Shown here: positions 10,182 to 22,047 of the stretch, piece after piece
Numbering within the stretch: position 1 is the first letter of the stretch
How the letters are laid out: each line of letters opens with the position of its first letter
DNA from: Basidiobolus meristosporus CBS 931.73
Taxonomy: Eukaryota; Fungi; Basidiobolomycota
NCBI GenBank assembly: GCA_002104905.1
Contig: MCFE01000107.1
Location: 105,372 to 169,371, forward strand
Length of the DNA stretch: 64,000 bases
Direction: 5' to 3'
The notes under the pieces: generated by a model
Database searches by the model: none
The model's input: the letters and a program-made list of their open reading frames with translations, nothing else
What the model was told of the DNA's origin: nothing
Position numbers and translations under genes: made by a program

Positions 10182-13100
10182 CAAGCTGTCACTCTCTGCA
10201 ATGTCTACTACTGCTATTACTGGAATTTTTCCCTCTGCTGAAAAGTTGGATGGATCTAACTACCAAGTGTGGAAGGTGAAGATGAAGATGCTGCTACAAG
10301 AAAGAGGCCTTTGGGATATTGTCATGGGAGAAGAATGCCCTCCTAACAACGTGGGAGAGGAAGCCTTAAAGTACCAGAAGAAAGAGCATAGTGCCTTTAA
10401 CTGCATTTGCCTTAATGTCAAGGACAAATTGCTAATTCAATGCTCAGGAGCAAAAACGGCAAAGAATGCCTGGAAAGAATTGGAAGACACCTACCAGTCA
10501 TGTTCAGCTGCCAAGAAAATGTACCTGAGACAAAAATTCTTTACTACAAAGATGCTGCCAGGAGAAGAAATGAAAAATCAAATTAACAGAATTACCCTGC
10601 TGGTAGATGAGATGGAATCTGTGGGCATACCAACTACTGATGAGGATGTGATAGTTACCATCCTGAATAGCCTGACTGACAAGTTTCAGGGCCTTGCATC
10701 AGCCCTAGAGTCCAGAACTGAAGATTTGACCTTAAATTATGTATATGGAAGGCTCCTGGATGAAGAATTAAGAAAATCAAGCGCCAATAAGAAGGAAGAA
10801 GAAAATGCTTTAATAGCAATGATAACCAACAAAGGAGGTACCCAAAACCCTACAAAGGCAACAGCAACCTGTTTTGTAACTACTCCAAAAGGAAAGGACA
10901 CACATCAGACCGCTGTCTCAAAAAGAAAGATAATCAGCAAAAGAAGCCTGAATATGGAAATGCTGCAACAACTGAAGATAGACTATTCATATCTGCACTA
11001 AATATGACCACAAACAAGGATTTACAGACGTGGTATATGGACTCTGCAGCTTCTCAACACTTTACACACCAAAAAGAACTTTTTACCCAATATCAAGAAA
11101 TTCCAATTAAGAAGGTTTTCATGGGTGACAATAGAACACTTGATGCAGTGGGAGAAGGAACTATCCAAGTAAACCTAAGTAGCAGTGAAGGAAGCCATAC
11201 ACTGACCTTTAAAGAAGTACTCTATGTACCAGAAATAGCCAAGAACCTACTCTCTGTAAGCAAGGCCACAGCAGAAGGACTCAGTTTCAGTTTTGACAAT
11301 TCTGGATGCAGGATCACTGATCAAAATGGTGCTCATATTGCTTTGGGCATCAGAGATCAGAATCTATACAAGTTGACTTACATTCCATCATATCTGGAAG
11401 CCAATATAAGTAACTTGAATGAAGAAACACCAATGCTTTGGCACAGGAGATTTGGACACATCAATTTTGATTATTTGTGTAAAATGATCAAAGATCAGCT
11501 AATTTCTGGAGTGAAAAATGATCCCCCAGCTAATTTGGAGCACTGTGAAGCCTGCATATATGGGAAACAAGCCAGACAACTGTTCAAGAGCTCTGGGTTA
11601 ATCAAAACTAAGAAAAAATTAGATCTAATTCACTCAGATCTGTGTGGACCTATGCAAAATTTATCCTTAGGCGGGATGAAGTATTTAATCACCTTTATTG
11701 ATGATTATACAAGATACACATGGGTCTACTTCATGGGGAGAAAGGAAGAAGCTCTGTCTAAGCTCTGGGAGTTTAAAGCTATGGTGGAGAGAGAAACTGG
11801 TGAAAAAATCAAGAAAATACACTCTGACAATGGTGGAGAATATACCGCAAAACTCTTCATCCACTTCTGCAAAATTCATGGGATAAAGCAAGAGACTACT
11901 GTACCATACTACCCACAGCAAAATGGAGTAGCAGAACAAGCTAACAGGCCAATAATTGATATGGCAAGATCTATGATCCATGATCAAAAATTATCCTATG
12001 ATTTTTGGGCGGAATCAGTTGCCACTGCTGTATACCTTAAAAATAGGAGTTATAACAGAATACTTTGTGAATCTACTCCATTGGAAGCATGGTATGGATA
12101 CAGACCAAGTGCAGAACATCTAAGAATATTTGGGTGCACAGCATATGCCAAAAAACTGGCCAGAAATCAATCAAAATTTGAGCCAAAAAGTGTAAAATGC
12201 ATATTTTTGGGCTACTTCAATGAGAGTGAGGCATACAGACTCTACAATACCAAAGCAAAGAAGCTGATCAAGTCCAGGGATGTGTTGTTTGATGAAAATA
12301 TAAAATTTTGACAAAAAATGACATCAGATGATGACAAAAATTTGATATCACGTCCACCAATTGTCAGGATTGAATCAGAGGAAAACAATGAAAATTCTTT
12401 CACTGCAGAGTACTCTACAACCGTGTTTCAGCCAGAATCAGTGCCCAGGAATATCCCAAAAGTGATCATTCCAGTATCAAATGCCTGGAGATCCAATTGG
12501 ACAAGAAATAGCCCAAATTACTATATTAATGGGGGTACAAACTTAGCCTATGCCTATTCAGTCCATATTGATGAGCACCAGACTGTAAAAGTGGCCCTAA
12601 ATAGCCCTCAGACAAAGTTTTGGAGATCTGCAATGACTGAGGAATATCAGGCCCTGATGGAAAATCAAACTTGGGACTTAGTCAAATTACCAATCAACCA
12701 AAAATCAATTGGATGCAGATGGGTCTTCAAGACAAAACACAAGGCTGATGGTACAATTGAAAGATACAAAGCAAGACTTGTAGCCAAATGATACTCTCAA
12801 ACAAAGGACTTGACTATACTGAGACCTTTGCACCGGTAGCCAAGTTTAATTCCATCAGATTAATATTGGCTATTGCAGCCAAATATGAGTTTTTTATTCA
12901 TCAAATGGAGGTAAAAACTGCATTTTTGAATGGAGAACTTGATGAGGACGTGTATATGAACCAGCCTGATGGGTTTGCTGAGCAAGATAACCCCCATTTG
13001 GTCTGCAAGCTTAAAATGTCACTATATGGTCTCAAACAATCACCAAGAGCCTGGAATTGCAAGATACATTCTTATTTGGAATCTTTGAGTTTCAAAAGGA

Positions 13101-14142
13101 GTAATGCTGACTATAGTATATACTATAAGCCAGATAGAGCAAATCCAGCTCTATTAGCTCTATAAGTGGATAATCTTATTATAGCCGCCAATAACCTAGA
13201 AACATTGGAAGAGACTAAATCCTGCCTATCTAAGGAGTTCAAGATGTCAAATCTAGGAGAACTTAGTTACTACTTAGGGATTAAGTTCTCCATAGACAGA
13301 AATACCCAGACTATCACCCTAAGTCAATCCAAGTATATTCAAGATATACTAAAGAAGTACAAAATGGAAGACTGTAAACCGGCAGCTACCCCAATGGAGA
13401 CAAACCTTAACTTGGTCAAAACTCAACCAAATCAAGAGAGCATGGTGCCATCTGAAAGCCCAGACCTTCCTTATCAATCTATGATTGGCAGTCTGATGTA
13501 TATCATGCTTGGAACATGTCCAGATATCTCATATCCAGTGGGAGTTGTCAGCCAACATAATCAGAATTATGGATCTGATCATATTGCAGCAGTTAAGCGG
13601 ATTTTTAGATACCTAAAAGGAACTGCTGATATCTGCTTAAGATATACTTATATGGATTCAGAACAGGATCTTGTGGGATACTCTGATGCTGATTGGGGAC
13701 AAAATTTGGAAGACAGAAGATCCACCACAGGATACACCTTTCTTTACTGTAAAGGAGCAATTTCATGGAATTCAAGAAAGCAACCAACCGTAGCACTTTC
13801 TACTACAGAGGCAGAGTATATGGCAGCCTGTGAAGCTACAAAAGAAGCAATGTGGTTAAGAAAGCTCTTTACAGATTTAGGCCTATGTCAAAAAACCCCT
13901 GTTACTTTATTTTAAGATAAGCAAGGATGTATACAATTAGGTAAAATCCAACTTTTCATGCTAGAACCAAGCACATAGATATTAGACATCATTTCATACA
14001 AGAAGCTATAGAGAATAACTCAGTTAGCTTAGTTTACTGTCCTACAGATGAAATGATTGCAGACATATTTACCAAACCATTAGCTAGAGACAAGTTTGAA
14101 TATCTTAGGTCAAAATTAGGACTAGTCAGTATGAACATTTAG
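10174..14142 (+). pseudogene. Disrupted copia gag-pol polyprotein of element 2
   Basis: 1-nt deletion at ~10816 relative to the 25609 copy; TGA at 12309; TGA plus a 1-nt deletion at ~12790-12803; YVDD changed to *VDN at 13163; TAA at 13913. The terminal GLVSMNI* is retained. Confidence 0.9.
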
Positions 14143-14153
14143 CTGAGTGAGAG

Positions 14154-14502
14154 TGTTGTAAAAATTTGGAATTCCACCTAAATATTCACCTAACTTAGTC
14201 ACTTAGATCATTACCTTCAAATTCTAGAGAATACTGACCAAATTCCTTGTTGGGATTCACTTAGAATATTTTCACCAAAATACCAGGTACCCAGAACATG
14301 AAAATTCTCAAAGTTGTCCAAACAGCCCCAAACTTTGCACACATGCTCTTGGGATCTTCCTCAACCTATCCTACTTGTTTGTAATGCCAAGACCAGGTAA
14401 AAGTATAAATACTACTTTTACATTCAATAAATCATTAAGTGAAAACCACAAAATCTACCTGTTCTCCAAATCACTTCCAATATCTCCAAGACTCTTACAA
14501 CA
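14154..14502 (+). repeat. 3' LTR of element 2
   Basis: 340/349 identical to the 5' LTR; followed by the TTTTT TSD. Confidence 0.97.
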
Positions 14503-15851
14503 TTTTTCTGGTTCAAAGTTTCAAATGCAATTTTTGATGGAAGAAATGGGCTGCCTATTACCTTATTTGGAACAGAGACTAGTTGGCCCAGTCTCCTCCA
14601 GGAGAACCTGTTTGCCTGCCTGCCCACCCATCAGCTTCCAATAGCAGTATTGAGAAATGTCAATCTTGCAAAACTTGGTACTCAGCTGATATATTGATGG
14701 TACTGTGCTGGCCTTTTCTGAAATTTTTTTCTTATAAGTCAGCCAAAAATAGATGCACCAGTGTATCATTCATTGGGGAGAAGACCAAGTATAGTACAAG
14801 AAATGCCCAGTCAAAGTAACAGTAAATGACTTGGTAGTGATAAAGCTCATGGTAAAGAGAAAAGGGTCTACCTAAGCCAGAGACATGGATGCATAAGAAA
14901 AAGCTGGAGTTCTCACCAGTTGATGCTACTTGCCATGAGCCCACCAAATTCCAGCATAGTCAAGAAGATTTACCAATAAGACAAAAGCTGCTTTCTCAAG
15001 AGTTGGAAGCACAGCCAGTTGAGCAACACTTCTGTGAGGTAGTTGAGTTTGCAGAGAAAAGCAATTTGTCTACCACTGCCTCCACATCATCCATTATAGA
15101 CAGAGTGGAGATCCTACTGACAGACAAAGCAGTACATCAAGAACTCAAAGACTATGAAAGTGCCTACAGTGGAGTTTTGTAATGTTGATAGGCATACCAA
15201 GTGGTTGCAGCACTTCTTCAAGAGCAGTGCTCAAGAAAATGCACTTGAATATTGCAAGTATTTATTGCAAATACTAGCAGATGAGGTGCTAGACCTTGCA
15301 GTGCAGGCTGAAGACCAGGATGTATGGGAGCCAGTGAATGAATAGTGGCATAAAGCTGCAGGGTTTCCACCAAAGTCATGGGCAAAGAGCATTACAGTGG
15401 AACTATCTATGGAATTATAGATTTTAATGGAGTTACTTGTCAAGCATGGGGTTGAGCTTAATGTTAGTGTTGGATATAGGGACTTTTATATGTCAATGCA
15501 ACAGGCAGTTAAGGTACAATTGAAGTTTCAACAGAAATAAATCAATATGTATGCATGAAATGTAAGATGATCATTTGAGTCAGGAAGTAAGGAAAGTGGG
15601 AAAGAGGCTATAGCCAATCAACATACAGAAATGCAGAAGGTAATTGAGTGTCCAGGATCAGAAAGCAAGAGAATTGGCAGAGGACCAATCAAAAGCCACT
15701 TATATCTTGCAAAGAAGTTTTTAACCAAGTTTTTTGTGAAATCTGGGGTGCAATGATTTTTCAACAGTCTTTGCATGTTGTTTTGATGGGATCAACACCA
15801 CTCCGTCATCGGACTTTAATTTTGCAAAAGCCTTTCAATGTGATCATCCCA

Positions 15852-18800
15852 ATTACTTCTCATAGGGATTAAAGAATGGTATATCCTGTTGTTTGTCAGC
15901 TGTCTTTTGAATTCTGTCCCAATCAGCATCCAAGTATTCCACAAGATCTTGATCTGAGCTCTGATGAGCTACCTTAACTGGACATCAGCAGTCTATGTAG
16001 GCTTCTAAAAATTTGCTCAATTGCTGTAATATGCTCAGATGCACAGCTCTAATTATGCTGGCTTACAACTCCTACTGAATTTGAAATTTCTGGAAGTGTT
16101 CTAAGTATGATATACATCAAACTGCCAGTCATAGATTGGTAAGAGCATTCAGGGCTTTCAGATAGCATCAAGCTCTCATCATTTGCTTGAGCTTTGACTA
16201 AGCTATAGCTTGCCTCCATTGAAGTAGCTACCTGACTACAATCTTCCATATGGTTCTTCCTAACTATATCTTTAGCATACTTGGACTGGCTAAGGATGAT
16301 AGTCTGGACACTTCTGTCAGTGGAGAACTTTATCCCTAAGTAGCAATTGAGCTCTCCTGGATCAGGCATTCTGGACTTCTTTAATAGGCATGATTTAGTG
16401 TCTTTTAATGTGTCTTAATTATTAGTGGATATAACAAGATCATATACATGTAGAGCTAATAGAGCTGGATTTGCTCTGTCTGACCTACAATAGATGCTAT
16501 TGGCAGCATTACTTCATTGGAAACTCAAAGATTCCAACTAAGAATTTAACTTGCAACTCAAGGCTCATAGTGAGAATTTGAGACCATATAGATTTTTTAG
16601 TCTTGTGGACCAAATATGGGGTGTCTTGGTCAGCAAATCCATCAAGTTAGCCCATGTTTATGTCATCATGAAGTTCCTCAATTAAAATGTAGCTTTATAT
16701 CCATTTGATGTATTAAAAAACTTATATTTGACTGCAACAGCCAATATTATTTTGATGGAATTAAACTTGGCTACCTGTGCATAGGTCTCAGTATAGTCAA
16801 GTCATTTTATTTCTGATTAATCTTTGTTCACAGGTCTTGCTCTTTATCTTTTAGTTTTGCCATCCCCCTTAAATGTGGCCCTGAGATCCCATCTGTATCC
16901 AATTGGTTTTTGATTGATTGATATTTGGACTATGTTCTAAGCATGATTTTCCATAAGGGCCTGATACTCCTCAGTCATTGCAGATCTCTCAATCTTCATA
17001 TTAGGGCTATTTAGGGCTTCTTTTACAATTTGGGATTCATCTATATGGCTACATCTGAGATACACAGCTATAGTAACTGATTCAGCCCAAAAATCATGGG
17101 ATAATTTTGATCAGGATTCATAGATCTTGCCATATAAAATATTGCTCTATATGCATGTTCTGCCACTCCATTTTGCTGTGGGGAGTATGTTACAATAGTC
17201 TCCTGCTTTATCCAATGAATTTTGCAGAAGTGGGTGAAGAGTTTTGAGCTAAATTCTCAACCATTGACAGAGTGTATTTTCATGACTTTTCCACCAGTTT
17301 CTCTCTCCACCATGACTTTAAGCTCTCCAAGCCCAGACAGGGCTTTTTCCTTTCTTTCCCAGAAGTGATCCCAAAAGTATCTTGTACAATCATCAACAAA
17401 AGTGCTCAAATACTTCATCCTTCCTGAGGGTATATTTTGCATAGGTTCACACAGATCTGGGCAAACTAAATTTAGCTTTTCTCAGTTTTAATTGACACAG
17501 AGTGCTTGAAGAGCTGTCTGGCTTGTTTTCCATATATACAGGCTTCACAGTGCTTCAAATCTATTGGGGGAGCAGATTTTACTCAGGAAATTGGTTGATC
17601 TTTGATCATTTTGCACAAAGAATGAAAATTGAGGTGTCCAAGACTCCTGTTGCAAAGTATAGATACTTGTTCATTTAAGTTGCATATATTGGCTTCCATA
17701 TATGATGGAATATAGGTTAACTTGTGTAGACCTTGATCTCTGATACCCAAAGCAATATGGGCTTCATTTGGATCAGGGATCCTACTTCCAGAATTGTCAA
17801 ACTGCAACAGAGTCCTTCATCGGCGGTTCTTCTGAAAGATAGATGGTTCTTGGTTATTTCTGGTACATGGAGTACTTCATTGAAGGTAAGTGTGTAGCTT
17901 CTCTTGCCACTTCTATGACTTATTTGGAGAGCTCCTTCTTCCACTGCATCAAGTGATCTATTGTCACCTATGTAAACCTTCTTAATTGGAATTTGTAGAT
18001 ATTAGACTTGTTCCATCATTCCAGCTGATCATAGTGCCTAATAGTGCCATAGCATGCCAGATGGTGCCTGATCATGCCACAGAGTGCCTGATGGTGCCAT
18101 ACAGTGTCAATTTGGGATCAAAATTGACATGCATATTACCATAAAATATCAAATTAATAACAAAAAATTCAGCACTCTCTGGCACTATGATCAATAGTAC
18201 AATGGAACAGGTCTATTGGGTAAGAAGATCTTATTGATTTGTAAAGTATTAAGATGCTCCAAATTCAATATACCAGTCTGAGAATCCTTATTTGTGGTTC
18301 TATTTAGTGCAGATGTGAATAGTCTATCTTTAGTTGTTGCAGCACTTCCATTTTCAAGCTTTTTCTGCTAATTATCTTCCTATCAGGAGGCACTGGTATG
18401 ATGTGTGTCCTTTCCTTTTGCTTCAGTTGCAAAAAGGTTGCTATTGGCTTGATAGGGTCTTGAGTACCTTCTTTACTGGTTATTGTTGACTATTAAAGCA
18501 TTTTTTTGTTTCTTCTTACTGGCACTTGATTTCTTGAATTTTCATCCTGGAGCCCTACAAAGATGTAATTTAGGGTCAATTGTCAGTTTTGTACTCTGGG
18601 GCTGATACACAGCCCCAAACCTGTCTGTCAGGCTATGCAGGATAGCAAGAATTACATTCTCATATGAAGCTGGTGCACCCACATATTGCATCTGATCAAC
18701 CAACAGGGTGACTCTATTCAAAGATTTTTCATTACTTGTCCTTGAAGCATATTTATGGTCAGGAATTCTGTCTCAGATATCTTTTCTTAGCTGCTGAAGA

Positions 18801-19867
18801 TGGCCAGTAGATATTGTTTGATGACTTCCAGGTACTTTTGGCACTTTTGCTTTGGAGCATTGTATTTGCAATATGTCTCTATTGTTAACATTGTGTGAAA
18901 AAATTTGATTATCTCATTGAAAGGCTACCACAAGACTTTAATCCCATGACTAAGAGATATTGATGCAATGTGGACACCATGCAAAGACTATAAATATTAT
19001 ATTTATATCTGTTAGTCAGATCTTTTACTTTGTCTCCTGGCAGTATCTTTATAGTGAAGAATTTTTGTCTCAGATATATTTTATGTGTGCTGGCTGGGTA
19101 TTTCTGCTAATTAAATTTTTCATTTCTTCTCCTGTCAGCATCTTTGTAGTAAGAAGTTTTGGTCTCAGATACACTTTCTTAGAAGCTGAACATGGCTGGT
19201 ATGTGTCTTCTAGTGCCTTCAAGGCATTCTTGGCCACTTTTGCTCCTGAGTATTGAATTAGCAATTTGTCTTTAACATACAGGCAAATGCAGCTAAGGCA
19301 CTTTGTTCTTTCTTCTGGTACTTTGAGGCATCCTCTCCCATGTTTTTAGCAGGGCATTCTTCATTTATGATACTATCCCAAAGGCATCTGTCTTATAGCA
19401 GCATCTTCATCTTCACCTTTGGTGCTTGGTGGTCACATCAATCCAGCTTTCCAGCAGTGGGAAAATTCCTGTATTAGCAATAGTAGACATTGCAGAAAGT
19501 GACAGCTTGGGGCTCAGAACCTACAGGAAGAGTCTTGTAAATATTGGAAGTGATTGGGAGAGCCAGTATATTATGTGGTTTTCACTTAATGATTTATGAA
19601 GTATAAATAGTACTTATACTTTTGGTAAAATAATGAAAACAGATGCTGAGAGCTTGCTTAGGGAGGTCCTTAGAATATGTGTGCAAAGTTTGGTCACTTC
19701 TGGACAACAATTAGAGAGGTTATGATCTATGTACCTGATGACATGGTGAGGCTATTCTAAGTAAATACCAACCATAAATTTGGTCTGGACAGGATGCTGA
19801 GCACAGAATAAGTTCTATGTAACTATGGTAGAATGAATATTCAAGTAACAACATAATATTAGCAACA
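15852..19867 (-). mobile_element. Degenerate copia element, 3'-truncated, with duplicated gag segment
   Basis: 5' LTR ~19522-19867 with mutated PBS (GGTTCTGAGCCC); gag ORF 19070-19264 and a second gag-like stretch at ~18400-18950; integrase and RT remnants (ORFs 17257, 17583, 16049). Ends at the GYT..GAI motif. Confidence 0.8.
18004..18214. mobile_element. 211-bp MITE (non-autonomous DNA transposon) inserted in the copia protease region
   Basis: 13-bp TIR AGACTTGTTCCAT / ATGGAACAGGTCT (12/13); perfect subterminal inverted repeat TGATCATAGTGCC (18026-18038) / GGCACTATGATCA (18181-18193); internal GTGCC/ATGCC repeats. A 3-bp ATT duplication restores the host GATATTGGGTAA. Confidence 0.85.
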
Positions 19868-21838
19868 TTTTACTCACCAAATGGATGTAAATATTTCATT
19901 TTTCAATACAGGACTTAAAGAGAATGCATATATGTACCAGCCTGATAGGATTTCTGACCAAGATTGCCCCCATTTTGTTGGCAAGCTTAAAAGTTCTCTA
20001 CATGTGTCAGATAATCACCCAGAGCCTGGAATTGCAAGACAGATTCATATTTGGAATCCTTCAGTATCCAAAGAAGCACTGCTGACTATAATATCTTCTA
20101 TAAGCCAGATACAACAAATCTAGCTCTGTTGACTCTATATGTGGATAGTCTTGTTGTAGCTACTAATAACCAAGGAACCCTTGAAGTGACTAAATTTAGC
20201 CTCTCTAAGGAGTTGAAGATATCCAATCTAGGAGAACTCAGCTACCACTTAGTGAAAAAGTTCTTGATAGACAGAAGTACCCAGACTATGACCCTAATCC
20301 AGTCCAGGTATGTTCAACATATACCTATAAGGTACCAAATGGAAGAATTACAACCTGCAAATGCCCCAGAGGAGATAAACTTAATTTGGTCAAAACCCAG
20401 CCAGTTCAGAAGAGCTTGGTACCATTTGATAGCCCAGAATTCAGTTACTAAACTATAGCCAGCAGTCAGATATGAGATGCTTGAAACACTTTCAGAAATC
20501 TCATATTCAGTGGGAGTTGGTAGCCCACACAATGAAACTATGAATCTGATCATATTGCAATAATTAAGTAGACTTTTAGAAATCTGAGAGGAACAGCTGA
20601 AATCTGTTCTAGGTATACCCATAAGGACTGAGAGTGGGATCTTGTTGGATACTCTGATGCTAATTAGGGATAAGCTTCAGAAGGCAAAAGATCCACAACA
20701 GGACACACCTTTCCTTACTGCCAAAGTGCAATTTCATAGAATTCAAGAAAGCAACCAACCATAGCACTTTTCACCACAGAGGCAGGGTGTATGGCAGCCT
20801 GTGAAGCTACAAAAGTAGCCATGTGGTTAAGGAAGCTTGTTACAAATTTAGGCTTATGTCAAAAAATGCCTACTACTTTATTTCAAAATATTCAAGAATA
20901 TATACAATTAGGTAGAAATCAAACTTTTCATGCTGGAACTAAGCACATAGAGATTAGACATTATTTCATACATGAAGCTATAGAGAATAACACAGCTAGC
21001 TTAGCTTACTGTCCTTCAGATGAGATGATTACAGTCATATATACCAAATAAGTTGGCTAAAGACAATTTTGAGTATTTTAGGTCAAAACTAGGACTAGTC
21101 AGTATGAGCATTTAGCTGAGTGGGATTATGGTGCTTTTTATTGCAGCAGCAAAATACATTACCACCTGAGAGACTACAAATGAAGCAATTTGGTTGAGAA
21201 AGCCCCTTAAACATCTAGGCTTATATTATAAAGCCCCAATTACATTGTTTCAAGATAATCAAGGACTTATGCAATCAGGTATAACTCCAACTTTGATTGC
21301 TAGAGCTAAGCACATAGATATTGGTCATCATTCCATAAGTAAAGCTACAGACACTAGCCTAGTTAGCTTAATGTACTACTTTATAGATGTTATGATTGCA
21401 GAAATACCTACCAAAGTATTAGCTAGAGAAAAATTTGAATATCTCAGATGATAATCAGGATTAGTTATTAAGAATACCTATTTGAGTAGGAGTGTGGTGA
21501 AGGTTTGAAATTTCACCTAAATATTCATCCAGTTTATTAACTTGGAGTGTTACCTATAAATCCCAGAGAATACTGGTCAAATTCCTTGTTGTATTTACCT
21601 AGACCAGCCTTGCAAAAACTTCAGGTACTCAGAGCATGCAAGTTTTTATAGCTGGCAAAACAGCCCCACACTTTGTGGACTTGTTTTTGTAATCCTCCTG
21701 AGCATACTTTATGTACTTGTGCCACCAAATCTAGGCCAAAGTATAAATACCACCTTGACATTCAAGCAATAATAAAGTGGAAAACATACATTCTACATAT
21801 TCTCAAATCACTGCCATATTTCCAAAACTCTTGCAGCA
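19868..21838 (+). mobile_element. Degenerate copia RT/RNase H (two RH tails) and degenerate 3' LTR (~21492-21838)
   Basis: ORFs 20051 (LYVDSL), 20791 (AACEATK..HIEIRHYFI) and 21194; PPT-like GAGTGGGA at 21116 and GAGTAGGAG at 21484 before a TGT..GCA LTR remnant. Confidence 0.78.
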
Positions 21839-22047
21839 GATATAAGGCTCTAAGGCTTGTCTATCAAGCTACTCAGAATTGCAATTCCATTAGCAGCTTG
21901 TATTCCCACAGATTCCCCTGCATATACCAGCAGGGTAGTTTAGTTGATTGTATACTTCATTTCATATGCCAGAAGCATATTTTCAGTACAAAATATTGGT
22001 ATGAGATACATTTTCTTAGCCACTGGATATAATTGGTCTGTATTTTC

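Larger units (their letters stand above)
9821..14502 (+). mobile_element. Ty1/copia LTR retrotransposon, full length and recent (element 2, 4682 bp)
   Basis: LTRs 9821-10169 and 14154-14502 (349 bp, 9 mismatches); TSD TTTTT at 9816-9820 and 14503-14507; PBS 10170-10181; PPT GAGTGAGAG at 14145-14153; domain order gag-PR-IN-RT-RH. Confidence 0.97.
9270..15851 (+). mobile_element. Unclassified repeat family B, longer copy interrupted by copia element 2
   Basis: 9500-9600 matches 43764-43840, and 15390-15851 matches 43920-44364 and the reverse complement of 8571-8990. A reading frame runs across the excised copia site (..FSWFFWFKVSNAIFDGRNGLP..) and on to MKVPTVEFC.., broken by isolated stops and one T-run frameshift. 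Confidence 0.68.
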
